From Eledone cirrhosa (lineage: Eukaryota), in the NCBI GenBank assembly GCA_964016885.1, contig OZ024745.1, positions 8,866,001-8,930,000 on the forward strand: a stretch of DNA of 64,000 nucleotides. The letters run 5' to 3'. The translations under genes were made by a program, and so were the position numbers. Position 1 is the stretch's first letter, and each line of letters starts with the position of its first letter. The notes under the pieces are model-generated. The model worked only from the letters and a program-made list of their open reading frames with translations, searched no databases and was not told the origin of the DNA. Below, one piece after another: positions 11,019 through 26,859 of this stretch.

Positions 11019-14000
11019 ACATGTTTAGTGGTGTTTATATTACAGTGATTGACAGGACATGTTTAGTGGTGTTTATATTGCAGTGATTGACAGGATGACA
11101 TGTTTAGTGGTGTTTATATTACAGTGATTGACAGGATGACATGTTTAGTGATGTTTATATTACAGTGATTGACAGGATGACATGTTTAGTGGTGTTTATA
11201 TTACAGTGATTGACAGGATGGCATGTTTAGTGGTGTTTATATTACAGTGATTGACAGGATGACATGTTTAGTGGTGTTTATATTACAGTGATTGACAGGA
11301 TGACATGTTTAGTGGTGTTTATATTACAGTGATTGACAGGATGACATGTTTAGTGGTGTTTATATTACAATGATTGACAGGATGACATGTTTAGTGGTGT
11401 TTATATTGCAGTGATTGACAGGATGACATGTTTAGTGGTGTTTATATTACAGTCATTGACAGGATGACATGTTTAGTGGTGTTTATATTACAGTGATTGA
11501 CAGGATGACATGTTTAGTGGTGTTTATATTACAGTGATTGACAGGATGACATGTTTAGTGGTGTTTATAATACAGTGATTGACAGGATGACATGTTTAGT
11601 GGTGTTTATAATACAGTGATTGACAGGCTGACATGTTTAGTGGTGTTTATATTACAGTGATTGACATGATGACATGTTTAGTGGTGTTTATATTACAGTG
11701 ATTGACAGGATGACATGTTTAGTGGTGTTTATATTACAGTGATTGACAGGATGACATGTTTAGTGGTGTTTATAATACAGTGATTGACAGGATGACATGT
11801 TTAGTGGTGTTTATATTACAGTGATTGACAGGATGACATGTTTAGTGGTGTTTATAATACAGTGATTGACAGGACAACATGTTTAGTGGTGTTTATATTA
11901 CAGTGATTGACAGGATGACATGTTTAGTGGTGTTTATATTACAGTGATTGACAGGATGACATGTTTAGTGGTGTTTATAATACAGTGATTGACAGGATGA
12001 CATGTTTAGTGGTGTTTATAATATAGTGATTGACAGGCTGACATGTTTAGTGGTGTTTATATTACAGTGATTGACATGATGACATGTTTAGTGGTGTTTA
12101 TATTACAGTGATTGACAGGACAACATGTTTAGTGGTGTTTATATTACAGTGATTGACAGGATGACATGTTTAGTGGTGTTTATATTACAGTGATTGACAG
12201 GATGACATGTTTAGTGGTGTTTATAATACAGTGATTGACAGGACAACATGTTTAGTGGTGTTTATATTACAGTGATTGACAGGACAACATGTTTAGTGGT
12301 GTTTATATTACAGTGATTGACAGGATGACATGTTTAGTGGTGTTTACATTACAGTGATTGACAGGATGACATGTTTAGTGGTGTTTATAATACAGTGATT
12401 GACAGGATGACATGTTTAGTGGTGTTTATATTACAGTGATTGACAGGATGACATGTTTAGTGGTGTTTATATTACAGTGATTGAGAGGATGACATGTTTA
12501 GTGGTGTTTATATTACAGTGATTGACAGGATGACATGTTTAGTGGTGTTTATATTACAGTGATTGACAGGATGACATGTTTAGTGGTGTTTATATTGCAG
12601 TGATTGACAGGACGACATGTTTAGTGGTGTTTATATTACAGTGATTGACAGGATGACATGTTTAGTGGTGTTTATATTACAGTGATTGACAGGATGACAT
12701 GTTTAGTGGTGTTTATATTACAGTGATTGACAGGATGACATGTTTAGTGGTGTTTATATTACAGTGATTGACAGGATGACATGTTTAGTGGTGTTTATAT
12801 TGCAGTGATTGACAGGACGACATGTTTAGTGGTGTTTATATTACAGTGATTGACAGGATGACATGTTTAATGGTGTTTATATTACATTGATTGACAGGAT
12901 GACATGTTTAATGGTGTTTATATTGCAGTGATTGACAGGATGACATGTTTAGTTGTGTTTATATTGCAGTGATTGACAGGATGACATATTTAGTGGTGTT
13001 TATATTACAGTGATTGACAGGATGACATGTTTAGTGGTGTTTATATTATAGTGATTGACAGGATGACATGTTTAGTGGTGTTTATATTACAGTGATTGAC
13101 AGGATGACATGTTTAGTGGTGTTTATATTGCAGTGATTGACAGGATGACATGTTTAGTGGTGTTTATATTATAGTGATTGACAGGATGACATGTTTAGTG
13201 GTGTTTATATTGCAGTGATTGACAGGACAACATGCTTAGTGGTGTTTATATTGCAGTGATTGACAGGACGACATGTTTAGTGGTGTTTATATTACAGTGA
13301 TTGACAGGACGACATGTTTAGTGATGTTTATATTACAGTGATTGACAGGATGACATGTTTAGTGGTGTTTATATTACAGTGATTGACAGGATGGCATGTT
13401 TAGTGGTGTTTATATTACAGTGATTGACAGGATGACATGTTTAGTGGTGTTTATATTACAGTGATTGACAGGATGACATGTTTAGTGGTGTTTATATTAC
13501 AGTGATTGACAGGATGACATGTTTAGTGGTGTTTATATTACAATGATTGACAGGATGACATGTTTAGTGGTGTTTATATTGCAGTGATTGACAGGATGAC
13601 ATGTTTAGTGGTGTTTATATTACAGTCATTGACAGGATGACATGTTTAGTGGTGTTTATATTACAGTGATTGACAGGATGACATGTTTAGTGGTGTTTAT
13701 ATTACAGTGATTGACAGGATGACATGTTTAGTGGTGTTTATAATACAGTGATTGACAGGATGACATGTTTAGTGGTGTTTATAATACAGTAATTGACAGG
13801 CTGACATGTTTAGTGGTGTTTATATTACAGTGATTGACATGATGACATGTTTAGTGGTGTTTATATTACAGTGATTGACAGGATGACATGTTTAGTGGTG
13901 TTTATAATACAGTGATTGACAGGATGACATGTTTAGTGGTGTTTATATTACAGTGATTGACAGGATGACATGTTTAGTGGTGTTTATAATACAGTGATTG

Positions 14001-15626
14001 ACAGGACAACATGTTTAGTGGTGTTTATATTACAGTGATTGACAGGATGACATGTTTAGTGGTGTTTATATTACAGTGATTGACAGGATGACATGTTTAG
14101 TGGTGTTTATAATACAGTGATTGACAGGATGACATGTTTAGTGGTGTTTATAATATAGTGATTGACAGGCTGACATGTTTAGTGGTGTTTATATTACAGT
14201 GATTGACATGATGACATGTTTAGTGGTGTTTATATTACAGTGATTGACAGGACAACATGTTTAGTGGTGTTTATATTACAGTGATTGACAGGATGACATG
14301 TTTAGTGGTGTTTATAATACAGTGATTGACAGGATGACATGTTTAGTGGTGTTTATATTACAGTGATTGACAGGATGACATGTTTAGTGGTGTTTATAAT
14401 ACAGTGATTGACAGGACAACATGTTTAGTGGTGTTTATATTACAGTGATTGACAGGACAACATGTTTAGTGGTGTTTATATTACAGTGATTGACAGGATG
14501 ACATGTTTAGTGGTGTTTACATTACAGTGATTGACAGGATGACATGTTTAGTGGTGTTTATAATACAGTGATTGACAGGATGACATGTTTAGTGGTGTTT
14601 ATATTACAGTGATTGACAGGATGACATGTTTAGTGGTGTTTATATTACAGTGATTGAGAGGATGACATGTTTAGTGGTGTTTATATTACAGTGATTGACA
14701 GGATGACATGTTTAGTGGTGTTTATATTACAGTGATTGACAGGATGACATGTTTAGTGGTGTTTATATTGCAGTGATTGACAGGACGACATGTTTAGTGG
14801 TGTTTATATTACAGTGATTGACAGGATGACATGTTTAGTGGTGTTTATATTACAGTGATTGACAGGATGACATGTTTAGTGGTGTTTATATTACAGTGAT
14901 TGACAGGATGACATGTTTAGTGGTGTTTATATTACAGTGATTGACAGGATGACATGTTTAGTGGTGTTTATATTGCAGTGATTGACAGGACGACATGTTT
15001 AGTGGTGTTTATATTACAGTGATTGACAGGATGACATGTTTAATGGTGTTTATATTACATTGATTGACAGGATGACATGTTTAATGGTGTTTATATTGCA
15101 GTGATTGACAGGATGACATGTTTAGTTGTGTTTATATTGCAGTGATTGACAGGATGACATATTTAGTGGTGTTTATATTACAGTGATTGACAGGATGACA
15201 TGTTTAGTGGTGTTTATATTATAGTGATTGAGAGGATGACATGTTTAGTGGTGTTTATATTACAGTGATTGACAGGATGACATGTTTAGTGGTGTTTATA
15301 TTGCAGTGATTGACAGGATGACATGTTTAGTGGTGTTTATATTATAGTGATTGACAGGATGACATGTTTAGTGATGTTTATATTGCAGTGATTGACAGGA
15401 CAACATGCTTAGTGGTGTTTATATTGCAGTGATTGACAGGACGACATGTTTAGTGGTGTTTATATTACAGTGATTGACAGGACGACATGTTTAGTGGTGT
15501 TTATATTATAGTGATTGACAGGATGACATGTTTAGTGGTGTTTATATTACAGTGATTGACAGGACGACATGTTTAGTGGTGTTTATTTTAGAGGGATTGA
15601 CAGGATGACATGTTTAGTGGTGTTTA
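11019..15626. repeat. 41-bp minisatellite array (about 112 units) embedded in a SINE A head
   Basis: Unit acatgtttagtggtgtttatattacagtgattgacaggatg; SINE body resumes at about 15627. Confidence 0.97.
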
Positions 15627-16020
15627 ATTGTGGCATTCAATGTTCTGAGTTCAAATCCTGGCGAGGTCAACAATGCCTCTCATCCCTCTGAAGTAGCTAA
15701 AATAAAGTAGCAGTAATATACTGGGGCTCAATATAATCGACATTTCCCTTCTCTCAAATTGTTGACTTTGTACAATGTTTGAGTGAATCCATAATTAATT
15801 ATTGGATTGACAGATTCGGTAGAGCATCAGACAACATGTTTTGTGGCATAGAGTTACGTCTCTTTACGTTCTGAGTTCAAATCCTGCCAGAGTTATAGTT
15901 TTGCCTTTCATCCTTAGGAGGTCGATAAAATAAAGCACCAATAACGTAGTAGGATCGATTTAATCGACTTTCCCCTCTCCCCAAATTGCTGGCCTTGTGC
16001 CTAAATCAGAAACTATTATT
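15627..16020 (+). mobile_element. Remainder of the interrupted SINE A followed by another SINE A copy (15803-16020)
   Basis: Two ttctgagttcaaatcc B-boxes with conserved downstream bodies. Confidence 0.8.
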
Positions 16021-19002
16021 ACAAAGAGTTTTACATTTCAAATATGGTTTCGTCAGTTATTGTTTACGCTTTATAATCAGTTAAATTACGATAATATAAA
16101 AACGATTGTTTACTGAAATTAATCGGGGTGGGGTGGGGCAAATTACTGACTTACATATTTCTTAGTTTTGTTTTAGCATACAAGCGTCCATTAGTGAACT
16201 AGTGCGACACTACCAAGTCTTAGAAACCACTATAATGTGTCCGGTGTAGCTTTCAGTAAACCTTGGAGAGATACAGTCCTTTGTGGTAAACTGAGGAAAA
16301 AACTTCATAAATACAGTTCTAATCTTAGATCCGAGGACAACAAACCTGACATAGGACCTAGTCTCATCTAAGAGAAGATATGTATAGCAATTGTTTAAGA
16401 TTTTTGAATTTGGTATAAACTGCTGGCCACCTTTTGTCGTGCATAGGATGTAATTTAACAGGTTTTCTCGGCTATTATATATAGCTATCGACTGTTAAAG
16501 ATATTTTCAGTGTTTTCAATTCCTAGATTTTCTAATGAATTTCAAATTAAGACTAAGCTGGATTACGTATCTTAACCATACAGTATAGTGTTAATGGCAG
16601 GATGTGAGCCATCGACTCTCCTTTACTCTGCCAATACAGTCTTGTACGGATGTCAGATTATAATATGTACAGAACATATTTGAGGTAATATATAGGCTCG
16701 TTTGTTTTCATTGATGAAATACTTGTAAAGAAGCAGTACAAAGAGTTTCCGTTCAATAAAGCAAAATAATCAGTGTGATTTTGATTTCTACGATTAAATA
16801 GAAAAAAAATTTAAGTATTTAGGCAGGATAAACAATTCTACTGGATAATTGAAATCATTTTCAATTCTTACCTATTCTGATGCTCTACTGATTAAACTTT
16901 GTCAAAATATTTTGTTATGAAGAAGATATAATTTATTATAGAATAAAAGAAAAAATCGAATTCACGGTTAAAATCGATAGAGAAATATGCACATTTTATA
17001 TATTGTGAAATAAGAAGCGAAATAAATCTGAGAACAGTAAGACTTAGAGAAACAAAAATATATATTTGTTACTTTAAACTGCAGGAGATCGTTAAAGTTA
17101 CAGAATCTGGCGGTTGTAAAACATGTCAATGAAGCGGAATTTTATTCAAGTGTCACATCGATAAAAAAAAAATGAAATATGTCTTTAATATAGCTTTTAT
17201 TGACAAAATCTGCAAAAGCACAAGTTTTTTTCATTTGTACAAATTATTCAATTTTGTTTGATCTTAATTTTTTTCTATGAAATACGAATAACTAAGCAAA
17301 GCATGTCCCTCCCTACATCCCCCTCCTCCATATTGCTGTGACGGTTTTTCCCGTCCACAATAATAAATTCTGTTTATTGATAGACATTGTATAAAAAATA
17401 CGACGACAATGAAACCCTATCATTGTTCCTTTTTTAAAAACTATGTCGTTATTTTTCTCCTTCAGTAATTGAAGAGCGTTAGCAACGTAATAATCAGGAA
17501 TAAAAATTATAAACTCTATAAAATAAACAAAATTTATTTGTTATAGTTTACTCTTTTTTGCTAAGAAGTTTTATTAAAGAGGCATAAAAAAAGAAGGCAA
17601 AAAAAAAAAATAATAATATTGGAAGCAACAACAATAAACGGAATATTTCTATTCGACTTTTCACTCAATACAATACCTGCATCCTACAATATTTTTATTG
17701 GAAGTTAAATACTTAAAATTTGAATAAATTAGCTTTTTTTGTACTGTATTATTAGGTGTTAAAGATACGAAAGTAATCATTATACATACAAAAGGATTGT
17801 TTGAAGTATTCAAAATGGGGAAAATCAAGGAATTTACCTACGTTTAGATCATAAAGTTCAAAAATTCTCTAATACTTTCTTTTCACTAAATATTTCTGTT
17901 TGTTAACTGTAGGAAATTAAAGAAACCATTGGATCTTTTATTTTCTGATAATAGACGTGGCCTGATGTTGGATTCTGTCAAAATAAGATTTAATAATGTA
18001 GAGCTGGCTGTAAAATATCTTTTAAAAGTCTTCTATTTATTCCTAAACCAAAAATATAAAATTAACACTTTCTATGCACAACAGATTGCAGAAAAATCTA
18101 ATAGTTAGGTTTAGACACTTTCAAAGGTAAAAATTCAAAGGTAAAAATTCTTCAATTGCAGTTGACAATTATTCAAGAATTAAACCCAAATAAAAAGAAT
18201 CTCTTTTACGATATACAAATCTTGTACGAAAAGAAAAATAAAGATATGTTTGTAAAAACGGATAAATCGAATATCCCTTTAAACATGCCCCATTTATAAT
18301 GTTACCTGTGATATCGGGTGTAAGGGGAACAGCAATGTTGAATTAGAAGCAACTAGGGCTCCGATCTCGTTGATTCGGTTTCGGTTCACAGTCTTATTTC
18401 ACTTCACTAGCGTCACTAACTCCTCACAGACAAGCAAAATCGCCTCACAATTTCGTATATTTTTTATTAAAGAAATATCAATGTCATTTAGTTCACTGGA
18501 TCTTTTCCGACGCAATGTTACTGACGAATTTTCTTTAATTCTCTGCCTGTGGACAACATAGAGGACACTAGTATGGTCTGGTGGAGCATAATACTTCCCC
18601 CTTTCTCTCTCTCTCTATCTCTACATATATATATGTGTGTGTCTGTTTATCTATCTATTTATCTCTTTATCTATTTCTATCTATCTTTCAACTTGTCTAT
18701 TTGTCTGTCTCTCTCTCTTATTTTCTTGTAAAGAAGTTAAGAGTAAAATGTGAATACAATACCAAATAACAACAGTGAAAACCCAAATCGAACTATTGAG
18801 TTTCTCTAATCACGTTCTCGCGTTATTATGGGGCCAGCGGTATAGACTTAAATATATACTACTTCCTAATCCTACAATTTCATGGATTTGAACATTTAAC
18901 GAAATAATTTAAAATATGACTTTGGAAGTTCTACAGATTCATTTTTAAAATGTGTAAGAAAAGGTTGCTATTTGATGATTTATACTTCTTATCAACCACT
19001 GA

Positions 19003-19230
19003 ATGGCGGTGGATTGGTAATAGAATCGGTAAAGCGTCGGGTAGCATACGTTGCAGATTAGAGTTACGTACCTTTACGTTCTGAGTTCAAATCCCGCCGA
19101 GGTTAACTTTGCCTTCCATCCTTACGGGGTCACTAAAATAAAGTACCATTCACCTACTGATGTCAATTTAATTGACTACCAATCCCCCAAAATTGTTGGC
19201 CTTCTTCCTAAACCAGGAACCATTATCAAC
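19003..19230 (+). mobile_element. SINE family A copy
   Basis: tggcggtggattgg...tacgttctgagttcaaatcccgccgaggttaactttgcc. Confidence 0.8.
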
Positions 19231-20996
19231 CACTTAATCACACTTTACACACAATTATATTTGTTACTAGGAAATCTAGAGTGCAACATTGTCAATGAAC
19301 ATTAGTTCTCTAATTCGACTTGATAAAAGGATGCTACATAAACGCTCAATTTCATACAAAACCTGAAAATTAAAGTAGGTAGCATTGGATGCTTGTTAAA
19401 TTTCTAAGAAATTTCAATATAATTTTTATATTCAAAATAAACAGTAGAATTTTATTTATTTGTTTATATTATTCTACAGGAATAACGGAGTATACCTTTA
19501 TAGATATCGTTACTAGATATATTCTACATATCTCTCTAAGAATATGTATTTAATATTACCCGAAATATATCTGTACCTCATTGGGATTCTGTTCTAATTC
19601 ATTCAAACACAAACTATTAATGTAATAAAATAAAACTAAAAATATAAATGGTATTGTACATAAAACAATACTAACCCCCACCCCAACAATATAGCAGGTA
19701 TTCGTGCTACATTTTATTTTGCATAGTTTTGTTATTGGCTTCTTGAGGCCAATCGTTTTGACTCTTTTGTTTTAGAAATGGATCCATTCGGTTCAGTTGA
19801 AATAGTCAGCAAAACTTTGGATAAAATTAATTTTTTGTTCTATCATTTTTTTGTTTATTAAAATTGTCATTTGGATCATATACTCAAAAAGCTAAAAGTA
19901 GTTTCGTCTATTTTATGAATGAGAATCGTAGGAAATTTATATAGGGCCATTCTATTAAACCAAACATAAAATCGACCAGCTTTCATATAACAGGTTTTTT
20001 TCTGTTTATTTTCTGCTTCATTTTACATTGTTTTGATAAATTCACTTTGTTCTGTAGTTTTTATATCAAATAAATTTATTTGGATGTTTATGTAATATTT
20101 TTCTTTGAGTTATATTTATCTCTGTAATAGTCAAATATTTCGGAGGATATCTACCAACATACTAATAGCATTTTGATTGTTTTAACTAAGGTTGTAATGA
20201 TGTATTACCATCACAGACATCTCAGGAATAATTTATATTACATAAATAATATCGGACATAATGGCTAAAAGTTGTAAAACTTCCGCCATTCATTCATTCC
20301 AGATTCTATACTGCCATAATCTTCTGGCTTTTGTTTTGGTGGGTAATAGTAGGAGGTAGCAATTAAGCTAAGTTTACATTTGTTGAAGAGGTATGTTCGG
20401 TAGTTTTAACTTCTGTGCAACGTTGATTAAGTGACATTTTGCTGTATATTTCATTCAAGGCATTCCGGCTTTCTGAAGAAAAAGAGAAGAAAAGAAAATT
20501 ATATACAGTCTCAAAATTTTTCTATAAAAGAATTGAATTCAACAGCCGACACCAATCTAAGTTATCTATGTCATCGGTGTTAAATCCTCGTAAGATAAAT
20601 ACAGTGGAAGCCACTTATTAAATCCATGATATAAACCGGTTATTGTTGTCAAATTTAGTTGGTGATTGAGTGAGAATGATATTGGAGGTTCTGTTGTGAT
20701 GGTCAGATAGGGTTGAATGGAGTAAATGACCATTAGAGAAGAAACAAAGTAAGGTTAAAGAAATATTTGTATATTATTGCTGAAAAATCCATAAAATGGA
20801 CGGTGACGGTGTATTTTGTGAATAAGAAAATAATTTTTTAGGATAGGAGAAAGAGAATGTGATTAAAAGATGGCGTCTTATTGTGGTGGCCAGATATTTT
20901 CACTCTGTCACATTTTCGTCTTCATTTTCACTTTCTGATCATCAAGAGATGACATGTGCCCTATTTTGATTTACACTTCTTCATTTGTACATACAG

Positions 20997-21510
20997 TCCT
21001 ACTCCCAGATCTCCCCAGATCTCCCCCTCTCTCTCTATACCACCCTACTCCTAGATCTCCCCCTCTCTCTCTATACCACCATACTCCTAGATCTCTGCCC
21101 TCTCTCTCTATACCACTCTACTCCCAGATCTCTGCCCTCTCTCTCTATACCACCCTACTCCCAGATCTCCCCCTCTCTCTCTATACCACCCTACTCCCAG
21201 ATCTCCCCCCCCTCTCTATACCGCCCCACTCCCAGATCTCCCCCTCTCTCTCTATACCACCCTACTCCCAGATCCCCCCTCTCTCTCTATACCGCCCCAC
21301 TCCCAGATCTCCCCCTCTCTCTCTATACCACCCTACTCCCAGATCTCCCCCCTCTCTATACCGCCCCACTCCCAGATCTCCCTCTCTCTCTCTATACCAC
21401 CCTACTCCCAGATCTACCCCCTCTCTCTATACCACCCTACTCCCAGATCTCCCCCCTCTCTCTATATACCACCCTACTCCAAGATCTCCTCCCTCTCTCT
21501 CTATATATAT
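20997..21510. repeat. Pyrimidine-rich minisatellite of about 38-41 bp
   Basis: Unit ctactcccagatctccccctctctctctataccacc. Confidence 0.9.
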
Positions 21511-21703
21511 ATCATCATCATGCCATGATAGACTTATTTTGACAATCGCCGCCGAGTGCGAGAAAGTTCCCCAGAAAGTTAACAAAGACTTAACAAAACT
21601 AATATCAATAACGAATTACTGAAGATTTGAACTATCGATGAATACCAACAAACAGTGAAGTCATTCTTCTCTTTTTTTCAAATATATACACATGCATACA
21701 AAT

Positions 21704-21793
<90 letters not shown>

Positions 21794-21812
21794 TATATAT
21801 ATATATATATAT

Positions 21813-22218
21813 CAGGGGCGGTGGAACTGGGGTGGAGGCATGCTCCCACAATATAGAGCGAAGGACTGCAAGAGTTCCGTGTAGTAGATATAGAGAGGGG
21901 GAGAGTTTGGTGCTAATTAATATAGAGAGGGGTATTGAAAGAGAGTTCCGTGTAGTAGATATAGAGAGGGGGAGAGGTTGGTGCTAATTAATATAGAGAG
22001 GGGTATTGAAAGAGAGTTCCGTGTAGTAGGCTGTGTTTTTGGTAGTTTTCCTCCTAAACTACCATCTATTTAGGTATCACTACAATTTATGTACAGTACA
22101 TGTTATGTTTATCTCATAACGAAGTTTTCTGACCATTTTACAGTGCAAAGAGTTTAACTAATCACTACAACTAAATTGACCACCCCACCCCAATTCAGAA
22201 ATGCTTCCACTGACCCTG
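21813..22218. mobile_element. MITE-like non-autonomous DNA transposon inserted in (TA)n
   Basis: Imperfect terminal inverted repeats caggggcggtggaac / gcttccactgaccctg, TA repeats on both sides, internal direct repeat of about 72 bp. Confidence 0.6.
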
Positions 22219-22230
22219 TATATATATATA

Positions 22231-23292
22231 TACTAGCTGAATTACCCGGCGTTGCCCGGGCTACTGCTGTTCTTATTCAGATTAGTAAACAATAAATATG
22301 AAGATATATTTTTTTTCTCATAATTATTTCAAAATATCTATATTTTAAAAAAGAAATATCAAAATTGTAATGATAATAGAATTTAGAAATGAAAATATGT
22401 CAATCTTGAAGCACCTTAGGATAAATAATATTCATTGTGTAATTTTTTGTTGGTGTCCAAATGAATAAATTGTTACTAGACACTCACACATATACACTCT
22501 CACATACATATACTAAGGCAGACACACAGACATACATTCACGCAGACACACGCATAACTTTTCACTCATTTTTTATCAGTCGCCACATATGTATATGTAT
22601 GTGTAGATGTGTGTGTGTGTATTTAATAACGTACCCAATGAACGCGCACACACACACTCAGAGACACATACATATTCATATACAAAATGTGACATCGTTG
22701 TGTTAGGGTTAGGTTTTCTATTGTTTTAATCCAAATGAAAATAAAATTTATCACGCATACACTCACACACATACACTCCCACATACACTCACACATACAT
22801 ATACTCATACACTCTAACATATACTCACACACATACACTCACACACACTCTCACATACACTCACATACATATACTAAGACACACACAGACATATATTTAT
22901 GCACACCTATTACTTGTCTGTCAACACATTTGTATCTATATCTGTAGATGTGTGTGTGTGTTTAATTATTTGAGGCCTAACGTTAAAATAAAAATTATCA
23001 CACATACACTCACACACATATACACTCTCATATACACTCACAGACACATACACACTCATATACAAAATGTGACGTCGTCATCGTCGTGGTTGTGGTATAA
23101 AATGTCCTTTACTATAGTTGACTACTATAGAAAGATTATTTTAGATAAAATGTTATATTCTTTTAATCAAAATGAAAATAAAAATTGCATGTTGACACTC
23201 CAGGGTTCCTTGTAAAATTTGATTTGATTTGGTCGAGCCGTTTGAGAATGCATAGGAACAGACAGACAGAGAGACAAAGAATTATATATATA
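22231..23292 (+). mobile_element. Non-autonomous Helitron/Helentron-like element
   Basis: 5' tactagc..cccggcgttgcccggg hairpin; 3' aaaatttg..ttggtcgagccgttt..(acag)n..tatatata, typical of non-autonomous Helitron-type families. Confidence 0.55.
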
Positions 23293-23309
23293 TGTATATA
23301 TATATACAT

Positions 23310-24334
<1,025 letters not shown>

Positions 24335-24516
24335 GAAAACGAAAAATCAGTGATGCATCTGAACTCAATTTAATTTATTGTGTGTTACAATTGTTTCCTC
24401 GGCGCACATTGAGACGCGATCATTGTGTGGATCTGTCTGAATCAGGATCCGCAGGTTCGACGGACACGTCTAATGATTTCGGAGCATCGAAATCATTTAT
24501 ATATTTATTTATATAT

Positions 24517-26460
24517 ATCTTCTTGGTTGTCCATCGTAAACGATGATGACATCTTCTTTATTTTAGTTCCCGTCTGTCATGGGCTGTGGAGGCCGATCCT
24601 TGACTTGCAGGTCCGGGGACAGTGGGAGCAGGGGAAGAGACCGGAGTCGCTTGGGCAGCTGTTGATGCCTTTCTCCTCCTTTCACGGGCCTCAGTGACCT
24701 CTGCCCGTCTCTTCTCTTCTTCAAAAGAGTTTTTGGCGCGTCTGGTAAGGGCTCGCCACTCAGTCTTGTCCTGAGCATGAGACTCGTGTTGTTTTGGAGC
24801 GATTCCAGTGTTGTTGATGCTGGACTTCACGCAGTCTTTGAACCTCTTGAGAGGCCTGCCCCGCTTTTGTTTCCCCGAACAGAGTTCCCTATACATCAGT
24901 TGCTTCAGAAGCCTGTGATCGTCCATCTGGATGACATGTCTTACCCATCGAAGTTGGCTCTTCAGTATCATAGCTTCAACACTAGTTGTCTCAGCCATGT
25001 CAAGAACTTCGATGTTGGAGACCTTGTCTTGCCATTTGATGTTCATGATTGACTGCAGGCTGCGCATGTGGAACCGTTACAGCTGCTTCAGGCACTTTCT
25101 GTACAGGGTCCATGTCTCATATCCGTAGGGGAGGCTGGTGAGAACAACAGCCCTGTACACCTTGAGCTTGGTGGACTGCTTGATGTTGTGCTGGTTCAGG
25201 ACGCGTGTCTTCAGGCGGCCGAGGGCTTGACTGGCCTTGCATATTCTGGCGTTTATATCCTTGTCGAGGCTTCCATCGCTGCTGGTGACACTGCCGAGGT
25301 ACTTGAAGTCGTCCACCGTCTTTAGCTGGGTGCCTCCGATGGAGATGGAAGGAGGGTGGGCGACTGAGGCAGGTGCAGGATGGAACAAGACCTCAGTCTT
25401 ACCAAGGCTAATTGTGAGACCGAAGAGGAGGAGTCCTCCGCGAACTTATTGACGATGAGTTGGAGGTCAGACTCCCTGTGGGCAATGGGGGCCCAGTCGT
25501 CAGCAAAAAGTGCCTCCAGAACGATCCTCTGCACGGTCATTGTCTTGGCCGTCAGGCGCCACAGGTCAAACAGGGAGCCGTCCAGTTTGATCGCAGATAC
25601 ACTCTGAGCTCGGTTTCCCTGACGGCATGATTGAGCACGAAGGTGAAGAACAGGTTGAAGGAGACGAGAGCCAGCACGCATCCTTGCTTGACGCCGTTAG
25701 TGATTCCGAACGGCTCCGATGCCTCTCCACCCGAGCGCACCTGCCCGGTCATGTCGTCATGGAATTGCCGTATCAGGTTCACAAACTTTGTCGGGCATCC
25801 AAACTTCGACAGGATCGACCAGAGGGCTTCCCTGTTGACAGTGTCGAATGCCTTCGTCAAGTCTATGAAGACGGCAAAGAGGTCCATGTTCTGCTCGACA
25901 GACACACTTCTCCTACACCTGGCGTACAGAGAAGATCATGTCGATCGTGCTGCGGTTTAGGCGGAACCCACACTGGGCCCCAGGCAGGTTGTCCTCCGAG
26001 ATGTTGGCAATGAGGCGGTTGATCATGACCCGAACCAGGACCTTCCCAGCGATGGACAGGAGAGAAATGCCCCGATAGTTTCCACAGTCAGTTTTGCTGC
26101 CTTTGTTCTTAAAAAGAGAGACAACTGTGGTATCCCTGAAGTCTTTGGGCACCTCTTCTTTCTCCCATATGCTGACGAGGAGGGTGTGGAAGGCCCGCAG
26201 GGCAGCTGGACCGGCCGACTTGAAGATCTCGGCAGGAATCTCGTCCTTCCCAGGGGCCTTTTCTGAGCTGGTCTGGTTGATTGCCTTCGTGACTTCATCC
26301 AACGTGGGAGGGGGGCGACTACGGGCTTCTGTGGGATCTGCTCGAGGGCCGCAGGGTCGACAATGGAAGGCCTGTTGAGCAGGTTGCTGAAGTACTCTCT
26401 CCACCTCGAGTTGATGCCGCTCTTCTCCTTCAGCAGGATCGAGCCGTCAGTAGAGGTCAG
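24517..26460 (-). mobile_element. 5'-truncated, frameshifted RTE-clade LINE
   Basis: KAPGKDEIPAE, NYRGISLLS, QCGFR, FIDLTKAFD, GVKQGC, LFADD, FKYLGS, QLRW..H, GRPLKRFKD; short 3' tail atcatcgtttacgatggacaaccaagaag. Confidence 0.92.
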
Positions 26461-26466
26461 ATGTAC

Positions 26467-26519
26467 TTAGCAATAACAAGGAAAAACCACTACAGATTGC
26501 CTTGCCTCAGAATGAATTT
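26467..26519 (-). CDS. SKOR1: SKOR putative terminal coding exon 8
   Basis: ctatag acceptor, phase 1, (E)IHSEARQSVVVFPCYC-stop; position fits the EAH..C end of SKOR proteins, but similarity is weak. Confidence 0.5.
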
Positions 26520-26725
26520 CTATAGAATTTTGACTGAGGAATGTTCTCACAACTGACCAATGAGAGGAGAAGATGTCCTCTGACACTGAAATTCGTTTGT
26601 TTAAATTCATATGATTCCAGTTCCTCAATGAAACAACAACCCAACCAGGAACTGGGCATATCAGAGTATTGACAAAGTTATACACCTCAACAACATGTGT
26701 ACTCGTCTATACCACACTAATTCGG

Positions 26726-26780
26726 ACTGCCTAAAGAGGTCACAGCCAAAGATGGCTGTCACCGAAATATATATAGCAGT
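26726..26780 (+). ncRNA. Minimal type I hammerhead-like motif with core mutation
   Basis: actgc-CTAAAGA-ggtcacagcca/tggctgtcacc-GAAA-tatata-TA-gcagt; G5>A. Confidence 0.6.
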
Positions 26781-26821
26781 AATAAACGAAGCCAAATTTT
26801 AAACATTTGACTTATTTATTT

Positions 26822-26859
<38 letters not shown>

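Noticed and set aside
16050-20940. Long AT-rich stretches that might be decayed transposase or integrase
   Set aside because: No recognisable motif or ORF by eye; needs a translated search
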